NCBI GenBank assembly: GCA_963737265.1
Contig: CAVTRY010000021.1
Location: forward strand, 160,001 to 224,000
Length of the DNA stretch: 64,000 nucleotides
Reading direction: 5' to 3'
Source of the DNA: an uncultured delta proteobacterium
GTDB lineage: Bacteria > Myxococcota_A > Polyangia > Fen-1088
Shown: one piece after another, positions 19,678-29,704 of the stretch
Numbering within the stretch: position 1 is the stretch's first letter
Layout of the letters: every line of letters begins with the position of its first letter
Position numbers and translations under genes: made by a program
The notes under the pieces: model-generated
The model's input: the letters and a program-made list of their open reading frames with translations, nothing else
What the model was told of the DNA's origin: nothing
The model's database searches: none

Positions 19678-21659
19678 GCGGATGGCTGGTCATCGCTGGC
19701 ACGATCCTGGCCGCAGCGAGCGGCGTACCAGGCCTGTTCGTCGGACGAAACAGTCCCGCGGGCGAGCGCTGGGCTACCGCCATGCTGGTGGCGGCCGCCA
19801 TCAGCGGCATCGCTGGAGCGGTGGTGGCGGCCATCGGTTCGTCCACCGGAATCGATCTTGCCTGGCCCGTGCCCGGCGGACGATTTGCCGTGAAAATCGA
19901 CGGCCTTTCCGCGCCATTTGTCGTGCAAATCTTCCTGCTCGCGACACTCGGGTCGGTTTATGGACTGGGCTATTGGAGCCAATCCGAGCACACGCGCGAC
20001 GGGAGAAAGCTGCGCCTTTTCTACGGACTCACGGCCGCCGGTATGGTGTTGTTGGTTTGCGCGCGCAACGCCATGCTGTTCATCGCGGGCTGGGAGATCA
20101 TGGCCATGGCTGCCTTTCTGGCGCTGACCGCACAGGACGACCAGAAAACCGTGCGCGACGTCGGCTACCTCTACATGGCCGCCACGCGCCTCGCGACCCT
20201 GTGCCTGATCGCCATGTTTGCCGTGTTGTTCGTGAGCACCGGCACGTTCGACCTCAGCGCGCCTACCGCCGCCATTTCGTCGGGCGCTGCGAATGCCATT
20301 TTTCTTCTGGCGCTGGCCGCTTGTGGCCTCAAAGCTGGCATCATGCCAATGCACGTTTGGTTGCCCGGAGCCCATGCCAGTGCGCCCAGCCACGTTTCGG
20401 CCATCATGTCCGGCGTGCTTATCAAAATGGGCATCTATGGACTGCTGCGCGTGTTCTCCCTCTTCCCGCACCCACCTTTGTGGTGGGGACAGACCGTCTT
20501 GGTCCTAGGCGCGCTCTCGGGCGTTCTGGGCGTGGCTTTTGCGATAAGCCAGCACGACTTCAAGCGGCTGCTTGCCTATCACAGCGTGGAGAACATCGGC
20601 ATTATTTGTTTGGGAATCGGCATCGCGCTGATTGGGCGCTCGCTGGGCAACGACGTTTTGCTGGTGCTCGGCATTGGCGGAGCAATTCTTCATGTTTGGA
20701 ATCACGGTCTATTCAAGGCACTACTCTTTCTCTCGGCTGGCTCGGTGCTGCACGCCACCCACACTCGCGACATCGATCGACTGGGGGGCCTAGCCAAACG
20801 TATGCCCTGGACCGCCGCCGCCTTTCTCATCGGAGCGGTGGCCATTTGTGGTCTGCCGCCCCTCAATGGATTTGTCAGCGAACTGTTGGTCTTTCTCGGT
20901 CTCTTCCGATCGGCGGCCTTACCCAAGGGAACGCTCTGGCTGGCGGGCGCGCTCGGAGCCCCGGTCCTCGCACTCATCGGTTCGTTGGCGTTGGCATGTT
21001 TTGTCAAGGCCTTCGGTGCCATGTTCCTCGGCGAGCCTCGGTCCACCCATGGCAGTGCCGCAAAGGAAGCTGGCCGCCTGATACTGGGACCGATGGCGGC
21101 GCTTGCGACGTTGTGCCTCCTCATCGGTCTCGTACCGTGGGCCATTGCGCCGCTGCTCGACTCGGCGGTGGCCGCGTGGGCGCCAGAACGTGCGGAGACC
21201 GTACAAACGCTGCTGCGGTTGGCGCCGCTAGGGTGGATTTCGGCTCTCAGTTCCCTGTTGCTTGTGTGCCTCGGTATCGGCTTCGTACTGCTGCGCTCGC
21301 GCACGCGGCTGTCCCCCTTTGGCCAGACTAACAGTCCGGTTGGCACTTGGGACTGCGGCTACGCCGCGCCTGGGCCAACCATGCAGTACTCGTCATCGTC
21401 ATTCGCGCAAACGATTGTTGGGCTGTTTTCCTGGGCGCTTCGCCCCAAGGTCCACAATCCAGGCACGCACGACCTATTTCCACGCCCGCAGACCTTCACC
21501 AGCGAAGTCAAGGATCCCGTGCTCGACGCGTTTCTCATTCCAACCGTTCAGCGCGGAAGCAGTGCGGCCCGCTGGTTCAAGTGGCTCCAGCGCGGAAGCC
21601 AGCAGGCCTATCTTCTTTACATTTTGCTGACGCTGATCGTTCTCCTCTTGTGGCGATAA
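19674..21659 (+). CDS. Second HyfB-like membrane subunit
   Basis: ATGA overlap. KAGIMPMHVWLPGAH, LLAYHSVEN, GLPPLNGFVSE, TWDCGY. Confidence 0.88.
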   Translation: MSGWLVIAGTILAAASGVPGLFVGRNSPAGERWATAMLVAAAISGIAGAVVAAIGSSTGIDLAWPVPGGRFAVKIDGLSAPFVVQIFLLATLGSVYGLGYWSQSEHTRDGRKLRLFYGLTAAGMVLLVCARNAMLFIAGWEIMAMAAFLALTAQDDQKTVRDVGYLYMAATRLATLCLIAMFAVLFVSTGTFDLSAPTAAISSGAANAIFLLALAACGLKAGIMPMHVWLPGAHASAPSHVSAIMSGVLIKMGIYGLLRVFSLFPHPPLWWGQTVLVLGALSGVLGVAFAISQHDFKRLLAYHSVENIGIICLGIGIALIGRSLGNDVLLVLGIGGAILHVWNHGLFKALLFLSAGSVLHATHTRDIDRLGGLAKRMPWTAAAFLIGAVAICGLPPLNGFVSELLVFLGLFRSAALPKGTLWLAGALGAPVLALIGSLALACFVKAFGAMFLGEPRSTHGSAAKEAGRLILGPMAALATLCLLIGLVPWAIAPLLDSAVAAWAPERAETVQTLLRLAPLGWISALSSLLLVCLGIGFVLLRSRTRLSPFGQTNSPVGTWDCGYAAPGPTMQYSSSSFAQTIVGLFSWALRPKVHNPGTHDLFPRPQTFTSEVKDPVLDAFLIPTVQRGSSAARWFKWLQRGSQQAYLLYILLTLIVLLLWR

Positions 21660-21667
21660 GGGACGTC

Positions 21668-22591
21668 TTGGACCAGATTCACATACCAGTTCATCTCGCA
21701 ATCCACATGGCCTTGGTTTTGGTCATGCCCCTGCTCTTGCTTGGGGTCATCAGCAAGACCAAGGCCGCCTTCGCGGGAAGGGTTGGACCGCCACTGTTGC
21801 AAGGCTACTACGACGTCATCAAGCTGTTGCGAAAGGAATCGATTTTCAGTCGCACCACGACGTGGTTGTTCAAGGCGGGACCCACCGTTGGATTGACGAC
21901 AGCGCTCTTCGCCGCCATTCTCGTGCCACTCGGCGGCCATCCCGCGCCGCTCTCGTTCGAGGGCGACTTGATCCTCTTCGCGTATCTCTTCGGCCTCGGC
22001 CGCTTCTTCACCATCGCCGCGGCCTTGGACACAGGCTCCTCCTTCGAAGGTATGGGCGGCGCCCGCGAGGCCACCTTTTCCTGCCTTGCCGAGCCGGCAC
22101 TCTTTTTCGGACTCATCGTCCTCACCCGCCTCTCTGGTTCGCTGTCGCTGACAACGATGGTAGGCCCCGGGCTTGGCGAAGGATGGCGACACGGCGGCGC
22201 GTCCCTCGTCCTGGTCGCGTCCAGCCTCTTTATCGTTCTGCTGGCGGAGAACTGCCGCATTCCCGTGGACGACCCCAACACCCACCTCGAGCTCACCATG
22301 ATCCACGAGGTTATGGTGCTCGACCACGGTGGCCCAGCGCTCGGCATCATTCACTACGGCGCTGCGCTGAAGGTCTTCGTCCTGGGTGCCTTGGTCGTCC
22401 GCATTGCGATTCCCTACAGCGCCAACCCTTGGGCCAGTTGGGGTGTCTTTATAGCCGGCATGCTTCTCTTGGCGGTACTGATTGGTGTCGTGGAATCGAC
22501 CATGGCGCGCCTACGCATGGCTCAAGTTCCCATCTTATTGGTGGCGGCGTGCCTATTGTCCGCCCTTGGCATCGTCTTGGTCGCGAGGTAG
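21668..22591 (+). CDS. hyfC: HyfC/HycD (NuoH-like) membrane subunit; start TTG 21668 or ATG 21707
   Basis: GRVGPPLLQ.YYD..KLL.K, ALDTGSSFEGMGGARE, ENCRIPVDDPNTHLELTMIHE. Confidence 0.88.
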   Translation: MDQIHIPVHLAIHMALVLVMPLLLLGVISKTKAAFAGRVGPPLLQGYYDVIKLLRKESIFSRTTTWLFKAGPTVGLTTALFAAILVPLGGHPAPLSFEGDLILFAYLFGLGRFFTIAAALDTGSSFEGMGGAREATFSCLAEPALFFGLIVLTRLSGSLSLTTMVGPGLGEGWRHGGASLVLVASSLFIVLLAENCRIPVDDPNTHLELTMIHEVMVLDHGGPALGIIHYGAALKVFVLGALVVRIAIPYSANPWASWGVFIAGMLLLAVLIGVVESTMARLRMAQVPILLVAACLLSALGIVLVAR

Positions 22592-22596
22592 TCCCC

Positions 22597-23238
22597 ATGC
22601 ACGGCTTGGTCGATCCACTGTTGGTCTCGGTTCTACTCTTCAACCTGTTCGTGTTGGGCACAAGCCGACTGCAAGCGGTTGTCAACGGCTCGGCAATTCA
22701 GGGCGTCCTGCTTGGCGTGCTCACGCTGTGCGTACATCAGACTTTGGGCTTCTGGGCAATTCTGTTCACCCTGGTCGCCATCCTGATCAAAGCCATGCTC
22801 ATCCCGAGCATGCTGCTGCGCGCCCTCCGCGACGCAGCCATTCGCAGGGAGGTCGAGCCATTCATTGGATTCTTGCCTTGCCTATTGCTCGGAGCCCTCG
22901 GCACCGGAGCGGCGCTGGTATTCGCCGGAACGCTGCCGCTTGCCAAAGAACACGCGGGCTCGCTCCTCGTGCCGGCCTCCCTGGCCACGGTATGGACGGG
23001 ATTCTTGATCCTCACGACCCGTCGCAAGGCCATTAACCAGGTCGTTGGCTATTTGCTGCTGGAAAACGGGATCTACATCATGGGACTTACCCTCGTGGAT
23101 GCCATGCCCTACATGGTCGAGATGGGCGTGCTGCTCGATCTGTTTGTCGGCATCTTCGTCATGGGCATCATCCTCAATCACATCAGCCGTGAATTTTCGT
23201 CGATGGACACGGCGCGCATGAGCGCACTCAAGGAGTGA
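22597..23238 (+). CDS. hyfE: HyfE-like membrane subunit
   Basis: Hydrophobic; RRKAINQVVGYLLLENGI, VEMGVLLD. Confidence 0.85.
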   Translation: MHGLVDPLLVSVLLFNLFVLGTSRLQAVVNGSAIQGVLLGVLTLCVHQTLGFWAILFTLVAILIKAMLIPSMLLRALRDAAIRREVEPFIGFLPCLLLGALGTGAALVFAGTLPLAKEHAGSLLVPASLATVWTGFLILTTRRKAINQVVGYLLLENGIYIMGLTLVDAMPYMVEMGVLLDLFVGIFVMGIILNHISREFSSMDTARMSALKE

Positions 23239-23241
23239 ACG

Positions 23242-24672
23242 ATGTTGCTCGCGCTCGTCCTCGTACCCCTCGCTTTCGCCGGTTTGGCTGCCCTTATCCG
23301 GTCGAGCCATAAACGTCCGTGGCTGCTGCCCATTGGCGGCAGCGTGCACCTCGCCCTTGCCGCCATCGCCGTGCTCGGCCCGGCCGCTCCCGAAAGCGCG
23401 TGGCTCGGACTCGATCCGCTCAATCGCATCGTGCTTGGTTTTCTCAGCTTGTTGTTTTTTCTTTGCTCCATCTACGCTCGCGGCTACCTGGCCTTGCGCA
23501 CGAATCAGCCCGCACGCATCTTCACCGCCAGCCTCTTTGTCTTTCTCGCTATGCTTACCCTGGCTGTCGAGGCACAGCATCTTGGTCTGATGTGGGTCGC
23601 AGTCGAAGCCTGCACGCTCAGCTCGGCGCCTCTTCTCTACTTCAATCAGAATCCGCGCTCGCTCGAAGCGACGTGGAAGTACATGCTCATCGGTTCCGTG
23701 GGAATCGCGCTCGCGCTCTTGGGCTCGTATTTTCTCGCCTACTCCGCGCTGCGTGGCGGAATGAGTACTTCGCTTTTCTTCAGGGACTTGGTCCGCGAGG
23801 CGCCCCACCTTTCGCACCCCTGGCTGCGCGCCGCCTTCGTTGTCCTTTTCGTCGGCTACGGCACCAAAATGGGCCTAGCCCCCATGCATTCGTGGAAGCC
23901 CGACGCGTACGGCGAAGCGCCGGGCTTGGTGGGCGCGCTGCTCGCCGGCGGGCTTACCACCTGCGCCTTCTTGGCGATCCTGCGCTTCTTTCAGATCTGT
24001 ATCGCCGCCAATGACGTGGCCTTCGCGCGCAAGATGATGATGACCATTGGGCTGCTTTCGATGGCGGTGGCGGCGGTGTTCATGGTGCGCCAACGCGACT
24101 ACAAGCGCATGCTGGCCTATTCCAGCGTCGAGCACATGGGCATCCTGGTGCTCGGTGTCAGCATTGGCGGCTGGGGCCTCTTCGGCTCGCTCTTGCATCT
24201 GATCAACAACGGACTGACCAAGGGCGTGCTGTTTCTGGCCGCCGCCAACATTCATCGCGCCTACGGCAGCAAACGCGTGGAGGACGTGAGTGGCGTCATT
24301 CGCCGCCTACCCGTCACCGGCGTTCTTTTTCTCGCCGGCTTTTTCGCCATTACCGGCTCGCCACCGTTTGGCCCGTTCTTCAGCGAGTTCACCATCCTGC
24401 GCGCCGCCATTGCTGGCGGGCATTACCTTGTGGCCGGCCTGTTTTTGACCCTGCTGTTTGTCATTTTCGTGGGAATGAGCGCCACCGTATTCGGAATTGT
24501 CCAAGGCGAGCCGTCCGCCAAGGCCGTCGCCAGCGTCTACCAGGACAGATTCTTCACGACCGCACCCATCGTGGTGTTCCTCGGCCTCGTGTTGCTTCTT
24601 GGCATCTACCTTCCTTCACCGGTCAACGACTCCCTTCAGCGGGCGGCTGACTTCATCGAGATGAAGCGATGA
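23242..24672 (+). CDS. hyfF: HyfF-like antiporter subunit
   Basis: SLEATWKY, GYGTKMGLAPMHSWKPDAY, KRMLAYSSVEHMG, GSPPFGPFFSE. Confidence 0.88.
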   Translation: MLLALVLVPLAFAGLAALIRSSHKRPWLLPIGGSVHLALAAIAVLGPAAPESAWLGLDPLNRIVLGFLSLLFFLCSIYARGYLALRTNQPARIFTASLFVFLAMLTLAVEAQHLGLMWVAVEACTLSSAPLLYFNQNPRSLEATWKYMLIGSVGIALALLGSYFLAYSALRGGMSTSLFFRDLVREAPHLSHPWLRAAFVVLFVGYGTKMGLAPMHSWKPDAYGEAPGLVGALLAGGLTTCAFLAILRFFQICIAANDVAFARKMMMTIGLLSMAVAAVFMVRQRDYKRMLAYSSVEHMGILVLGVSIGGWGLFGSLLHLINNGLTKGVLFLAAANIHRAYGSKRVEDVSGVIRRLPVTGVLFLAGFFAITGSPPFGPFFSEFTILRAAIAGGHYLVAGLFLTLLFVIFVGMSATVFGIVQGEPSAKAVASVYQDRFFTTAPIVVFLGLVLLLGIYLPSPVNDSLQRAADFIEMKR

Positions 24673-26201
24673 ACGCAAGAATGGCGACAGACTGGCTGGT
24701 CCTTCGCAACGGAATCGCGGCGCCGCTCGACCGCATCCCCGAGCAGCCACTCGCCGATTTCCGCTTGGACATCATCGCCGCGCCTGCCCGCGGCCGGCGG
24801 GTTGCAGCTCTGTTTGGCCGACCGGTGGACAAGGCAATTGAGCTGGTGGCCGTACTCGCCGCCGATCGCGAGGGGTTGCTGGAGGTCGGAAAGGCCAGGA
24901 TCGAAACCGGCAGCTTCGCCTCGATGACCCCAGAATGCCCCCAGGTTCATCTGTTCGAACGCGAAATCGCCGAGCAGTGGGGAATCCGCCCCGAGGGTCA
25001 TCCGTGGCTCAAACCGGTGCGTTTTCACCGCTCGATGCGCCCCGGCCACGATGCGTGGAACCGACCCAACGATACGCCGCTCATCGTTGGCGTCATGGAC
25101 TTCTACCGCGTCGAGGGCGACGAAATTCACGAGGTCGCCGTCGGCCCGGTTCACGCCGGCGTGATCGAACCCGGGCATTTCCGTTTTCAGTGCCACGGTG
25201 AACAAGTTTTCCACCTCGAGATCTCGCTCGGCTACCAACACCGCGGCATCGAGCGGACACTCATCGGCGGTCCCGCGAAGCGCACCATTCACACCATGGA
25301 AACCCTCGCCGGCGACACGACCGTCGGCCACGCCAGCGCCTATTGTCAGGCGCTGGAGAGCTTGTCGGGAACCCGCCCATCCGCGCGGGCCCTGGCCTTG
25401 CGAGGCGTGGCGCTTGAGCTCGAACGCACCGCCAACCACACCGGTGACCTCGGCGCTTTGGCCGGCGACATCGGCTACTTGCCGTCGGCTTCGTTCTGCG
25501 GGCGCCTGCGCGGCGACTTTCTCAATCTCACGGCGCACCTTTGTGGCAGTCGCTTCGGACGCGGCATGATTCGTCCGGGTGGGGTTGGCTTCGACATCGA
25601 CGCCGCCCGCGTGGCCCAACTTCTCGAACGACTGGAGTCCGCGTACCGAGACGTTTCGGGCGCCGTCCAATTGTTGTGGCAGACCGGCACGGTTCAGGCG
25701 CGCTTCGAAGACGTGGGGCGGGTCAGCCTGGACACCGCCCGCGACCTCGGCTTGGTTGGTCCGGCGGCGCGCGCCTGCGGCCTCCGCCGCGACGTGCGAA
25801 CCCATCACCCCACGGGAATCTTTCAATTCGTCCACATTCCCATGTCGACCATGCACACCGGCGACGTATACGCCCGCGCCTTTCTGCGCTGGCTTGAAAT
25901 CGAACGCTCGGTCGCGTTCATTCGGCAGCAACTACAGGAACTGCCGGCGGGTGTTGCACGGGTGGATTGCGCCCCCCTTTCCCACAATCAATTCTGCGTG
26001 TCGCTCATCGAAGGGTGGCGCGGCGAGATTTGCCACGTGGCGATGACCGACAACGATGGGCGCATTGCCCACTACAAAGTCGTCGATCCGTCGTTTCACA
26101 ATTGGGCCGGGCTCGGCATGGCCTTGCGCGATCAACAGATTTCCGACTTTCCCATTTGCAACAAGAGCTTCAACCTTTCCTATTGCGGGCACGATCTCTA
26201 G
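24669..26201 (+). CDS. HyfG/HycE-like large subunit (NuoC+D fusion) lacking NiFe-binding CxxC motifs (Ehr type)
   Basis: FEREIAE, VGPVHAGVIEPGHFRF, GYQHRGIE. Ends DFPICNKSFNLSYCGHDL. Confidence 0.9.
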   Translation: MNARMATDWLVLRNGIAAPLDRIPEQPLADFRLDIIAAPARGRRVAALFGRPVDKAIELVAVLAADREGLLEVGKARIETGSFASMTPECPQVHLFEREIAEQWGIRPEGHPWLKPVRFHRSMRPGHDAWNRPNDTPLIVGVMDFYRVEGDEIHEVAVGPVHAGVIEPGHFRFQCHGEQVFHLEISLGYQHRGIERTLIGGPAKRTIHTMETLAGDTTVGHASAYCQALESLSGTRPSARALALRGVALELERTANHTGDLGALAGDIGYLPSASFCGRLRGDFLNLTAHLCGSRFGRGMIRPGGVGFDIDAARVAQLLERLESAYRDVSGAVQLLWQTGTVQARFEDVGRVSLDTARDLGLVGPAARACGLRRDVRTHHPTGIFQFVHIPMSTMHTGDVYARAFLRWLEIERSVAFIRQQLQELPAGVARVDCAPLSHNQFCVSLIEGWRGEICHVAMTDNDGRIAHYKVVDPSFHNWAGLGMALRDQQISDFPICNKSFNLSYCGHDL

Positions 26202-26213
26202 GAGCACGCCGGC

Positions 26214-27023
26214 ATGTACAAACTTCTCATCGAACGCTGGCGGCAGGGACATCGCACCTCGCGCTACCCAAGTGAGTCACCCGTGTTGCCCGATCGCTTT
26301 CGCGGTCTACCGGTCATTGACGCCACAAAATGCCAGGACGGCTGCCGTGCGTGCGCCGAAGCTTGCCCGACCGAGGCCATTACCATCAACGAGCGCAGAC
26401 CCACGGTCGATCTCGGACGTTGCCTCTTCTGTACCGACTGCACGCACGCCTGTCCATCCGCCGCAATTCATTTTGGCCCCGAGTATCGGTTGGCGGCCAA
26501 CACGCGCCCCGAGCTCATCGCTACGAGCGGCGTTTCCAGTTTCGCCCACCCCATCGAAGAGCGCCTGCGCCGCCTGTTCGGACGTTCCCTGAAACTGCGC
26601 CAGGTTAGCGCAGGCGGATGCAACGGCTGCGAATCCGACGTCAACGTGCTCGGTACCCTGGTGTTCGACCTCGGGCGCTTCGGCATCCAGATGGTGGCCT
26701 CGCCAAGACACGCCGACGGACTGATTGTCACCGGCCCCGTCAGCGAAAACATGAAACTGGCGCTCAAGAAGACCTACGATGCGCTCACCCCACCCAAGAT
26801 TGTGATTGCGGTGGGCGCCTGTGCCATCTCCGGCGGACCGTTCGTCGACAATCCCGAGGTGCACAATGGCGCCGCCAGCGTCGTCCCGGTCGACCTGTTC
26901 ATTCCGGGCTGCCCGCCCCACCCCTACACCATTCTCGACGGCCTGCTGCGCCTGCTGGGCAAAATCGAGGGTGGCACGCGCATGTTGCCTGCCACCCTGA
27001 GCTCACGCCCGGTTGGGCAGTAG
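26214..27023 (+). CDS. Ferredoxin plus NuoB/HyfI-like small subunit fusion
   Basis: CRACAEACP, CLFCTDC..ACP, GGCNGCE, SPRHAD, GACAISGG, IPGCPPHP. Confidence 0.9.
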   Translation: MYKLLIERWRQGHRTSRYPSESPVLPDRFRGLPVIDATKCQDGCRACAEACPTEAITINERRPTVDLGRCLFCTDCTHACPSAAIHFGPEYRLAANTRPELIATSGVSSFAHPIEERLRRLFGRSLKLRQVSAGGCNGCESDVNVLGTLVFDLGRFGIQMVASPRHADGLIVTGPVSENMKLALKKTYDALTPPKIVIAVGACAISGGPFVDNPEVHNGAASVVPVDLFIPGCPPHPYTILDGLLRLLGKIEGGTRMLPATLSSRPVGQ

Positions 27024-27998
27024 ATACCAGCGGTCGGTCTCGGTATCGATTTCCTGAATTCCATCGAGCGGCACGGAAACTGGCCCCTTCATGGTGGCGC
27101 TGCCATCCGGGCCGAAATGCAACTCGGGAAACTCGACCTCGCAAGGCGGATCGGTGTGCACCATCAGCAGAGGCAGATCCGTGTGCGATCCGAGCAGTTT
27201 GTGCTTGATCCGGTAGGCGGTGAAATCCGGGCTCAGCTCCGAGCGATGGATCACGCATTGGGAAGCGCCCCACGCCAAATGAATGTTCGGGATTCTCGTC
27301 GATGGCCGCCGAACCAGCACAAAGACATCCCCCTGCAGGCCCTTGGGATAGCGCTTGACCGACAGCGGGCCGAACTCGGCGGTCTTGCCGCTGATTTTGG
27401 TCAGGTTGTGCACCAACTCCTGGCCGGCATTCTTGGCCAGATCCACCCTGCCGATTTGCTCGAATTTGTAAGCATCACCCAGCCCCTCGGCCTGCGCCGC
27501 TACCACCGCCGCCTTGGTCGCCCACACCATCCCCGGCACGGTCGCGGGCTCCAGCCGGGAGCAGGCCACAATGGTTTTTCCGAAGGCGTCGGACACTTCG
27601 TTGAACGGACTTTTCTCGATCAGCTCCACATCGCCGTAATGCACGGCGATACGCGCCTGAAATGGCCACAATCCGTATTCGCGCTGGCGATCTCGGCCAG
27701 CCTTGGTGTTGAAGTGGTTGTGGATTCGCCACGCATGTTCCAGCGCCTTGCGGATGTCGCCCGGGTAAACCAGCAGCACACCATCGCCCGCCGGCTTCAC
27801 CACGTATTTCTTCGCCGCGTCTTCGCCCAGGCTGGCGCGCAGGTCGTCGCGAATGCCCCTGCCCAACCGCCCCATCAGCTGGTCGAACCTCAGCAGCGAT
27901 TCGTGCTGGTCGACCAAGGACGAGTAGCGTTCCACGTCCGCGCAAACGACCGCGGCCGGCTGTGGTCTCGATTCAATTTCAATGTCTTCGTTATTCAT
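27003..27998 (-). CDS. Class III nucleotidyl (adenylate/guanylate) cyclase with unknown C-terminal domain
   Basis: CADVERYS, VKPAGDG, RIAVHYGDV, DAFG....SRLE....PG. Start is 27998 or 28031. Confidence 0.8.
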   Translation of the reverse strand: MNNEDIEIESRPQPAAVVCADVERYSSLVDQHESLLRFDQLMGRLGRGIRDDLRASLGEDAAKKYVVKPAGDGVLLVYPGDIRKALEHAWRIHNHFNTKAGRDRQREYGLWPFQARIAVHYGDVELIEKSPFNEVSDAFGKTIVACSRLEPATVPGMVWATKAAVVAAQAEGLGDAYKFEQIGRVDLAKNAGQELVHNLTKISGKTAEFGPLSVKRYPKGLQGDVFVLVRRPSTRIPNIHLAWGASQCVIHRSELSPDFTAYRIKHKLLGSHTDLPLLMVHTDPPCEVEFPELHFGPDGSATMKGPVSVPLDGIQEIDTETDRWYLLPNRA

Positions 27999-28138
27999 GT
28001 TCTTAGGGGTGCCAGAGGGGCGCGCAACCATAGCACCCCTAGCAGCCCGTGGTGAAAGTCTCCGCGTCGCATAGCCGCCGTCGGCCCTGCCAAGGAACGG
28101 GACTTGTCGGTTTCCAGGCGCTATGAGAGGGCTCGACC

Positions 28139-29704
28139 ATGCCGACGTTCGTCCTCGCGCTATTTCTCGCCTTCTTCGTCTTGCAAACGACGGTGGAGGC
28201 GGGCCTGGTGCTGCTCAACATACGTTATCTCGGGCGCTTGCGGGCCGCGGGCACCGAGGTTCCCACGCCGCTGCGCCAACACGTCGACCCGGCGATGGCG
28301 CGCAAGAGCTCCGATTACACCTTGGCGAACGCGCGTTTCGCGCTCGTGCGCGGCGCCTATGGCGCGGGACTGACCCTGGCGATTCTGCTGTCCGGGCTGC
28401 TGCCGGGTGCCGCCGACTATCTTTCGCGCCACGCCCTCGCCGGATCCCACCTCTTCGTCGTCTTCTTGGCCGGACTCTCCGCGGTGCTATCGCTCGCGCA
28501 CCTTCCCTTCGGCCTGTATCACACCTTCGCCATCGAATCGCGTTTTGGTTTCAACCGCACGACCTGGCGGCTGTGGCTCGTCGATCGGGTCAAGGGCATT
28601 CTGCTCTCGGCCGCCATCGGCGCGCCCCTGCTATACGCTATTTACGGGTTCATGGCCTTGACCGGCCGGTGGTGGTGGCTGTGGCTGTTCGCCTTCCTGG
28701 TCGCCCTGCAGGTGGTGATGCTGTGGGCATTTCCCGCGCTCATCGCCCCCATCTTCAACAAATTCGTTCCCCTTCCCGATGGCGATCTCAAACAGCGGCT
28801 GGAGACGCTGGCCCATGCCGCCGGGTTTCGCAATCGCGGACTCTTCGTCGTGGATGCCTCGCGGCGCTCGCGCCATTCGAACGCGTATTTCACCGGGCTC
28901 TTCCGCCCCCGCATTGTCCTTTTCGATACCCTCGTCGACAAGATGACGACCGAAGAAGCCGCCGCAGTGCTGGCGCACGAAATAGGCCACTACAAAGCCC
29001 GCCATATCCACAAACGCCTCCTGCTCAGCCTTGCCGGCATGTTGATCGGGCTGTTTGTGCTCTCGAAGCTCATCGCCTGGCCACCGCTTTTCCAGGCCTT
29101 CGGCTTCGCCGCCCCGTCCTTTCACGCGGCGCTGGCTATCTTCTCCCTCGGTGGCGGCGCCTTCACTTTCTTTCTGGAGCCCGTGGGCGCGTGGCTATCC
29201 CGGCGCGACGAGTACGAGGCCGATCGCTTCTCGGTGCGGCTCGTGCGCCAGCCCGAGGCGATGAAGTCGGCCCTGATTCGTATGAGCGGCGAGAACCTGT
29301 CGAACTTGAACCCACACCCTTGGTACAGCCGCTGGCACTATTCGCATCCGACGCTTGTGGAGCGGATGGCGGCGATCGACTTGTTTGCGGCTGCAGGGCA
29401 CCGCAGGTCGTTCGCGCCTGACCGTGCTCGGATTTCCGCCAGCCAGGCCCGAGCCGATCGCGAAAACAGCAGGGCAAGGCTGGCTCTCAGAAACATCCGG
29501 TTGTTATCGGGTATGTCGCGGCCCGAAGAAACGATCACCGTTGTAGTGAAGCAAGTGCTCCGGAAACTCCGCGACCCAAACCTCGGTTTCCCAGGCGATC
29601 GCCTCCGCGTACTTCTTGAACTCACGAAACGATGGAAACGCCGACACGTAGACGCGACCTGGCTCCGCGTTAGCCAGAACAGCATTCACCTAACACCTCG
29701 TTGA
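28139..29704 (+). CDS. M48 (Ste24-like) zinc metallopeptidase with abnormal ~100-aa C-terminal extension
   Basis: DASRRSRHSNAYFTG, VLAHEIGH, EYEAD, YSHPTLVER. Confidence 0.9.
   Translation: MPTFVLALFLAFFVLQTTVEAGLVLLNIRYLGRLRAAGTEVPTPLRQHVDPAMARKSSDYTLANARFALVRGAYGAGLTLAILLSGLLPGAADYLSRHALAGSHLFVVFLAGLSAVLSLAHLPFGLYHTFAIESRFGFNRTTWRLWLVDRVKGILLSAAIGAPLLYAIYGFMALTGRWWWLWLFAFLVALQVVMLWAFPALIAPIFNKFVPLPDGDLKQRLETLAHAAGFRNRGLFVVDASRRSRHSNAYFTGLFRPRIVLFDTLVDKMTTEEAAAVLAHEIGHYKARHIHKRLLLSLAGMLIGLFVLSKLIAWPPLFQAFGFAAPSFHAALAIFSLGGGAFTFFLEPVGAWLSRRDEYEADRFSVRLVRQPEAMKSALIRMSGENLSNLNPHPWYSRWHYSHPTLVERMAAIDLFAAAGHRRSFAPDRARISASQARADRENSRARLALRNIRLLSGMSRPEETITVVVKQVLRKLRDPNLGFPGDRLRVLLELTKRWKRRHVDATWLRVSQNSIHLTPR
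29504..29689 (-). pseudogene. C-terminal remnant of BsuBI/PstI-family restriction endonuclease
   Basis: YVSAFPS..F.KY...IAWETEVWVAE.PEHLLHYNGDRFFGP is the family C-terminus; only 61 aa remain. Confidence 0.75.

Noticed and set aside
24669-26201. Functional [NiFe] hydrogenase 4
   Set aside because: Both CxxC Ni-binding motifs are absent and there are no hyp genes.
27003-29704. Pycsar/CBASS operon
   Set aside because: No co-oriented effector gene; the neighbour is a divergent M48 peptidase.
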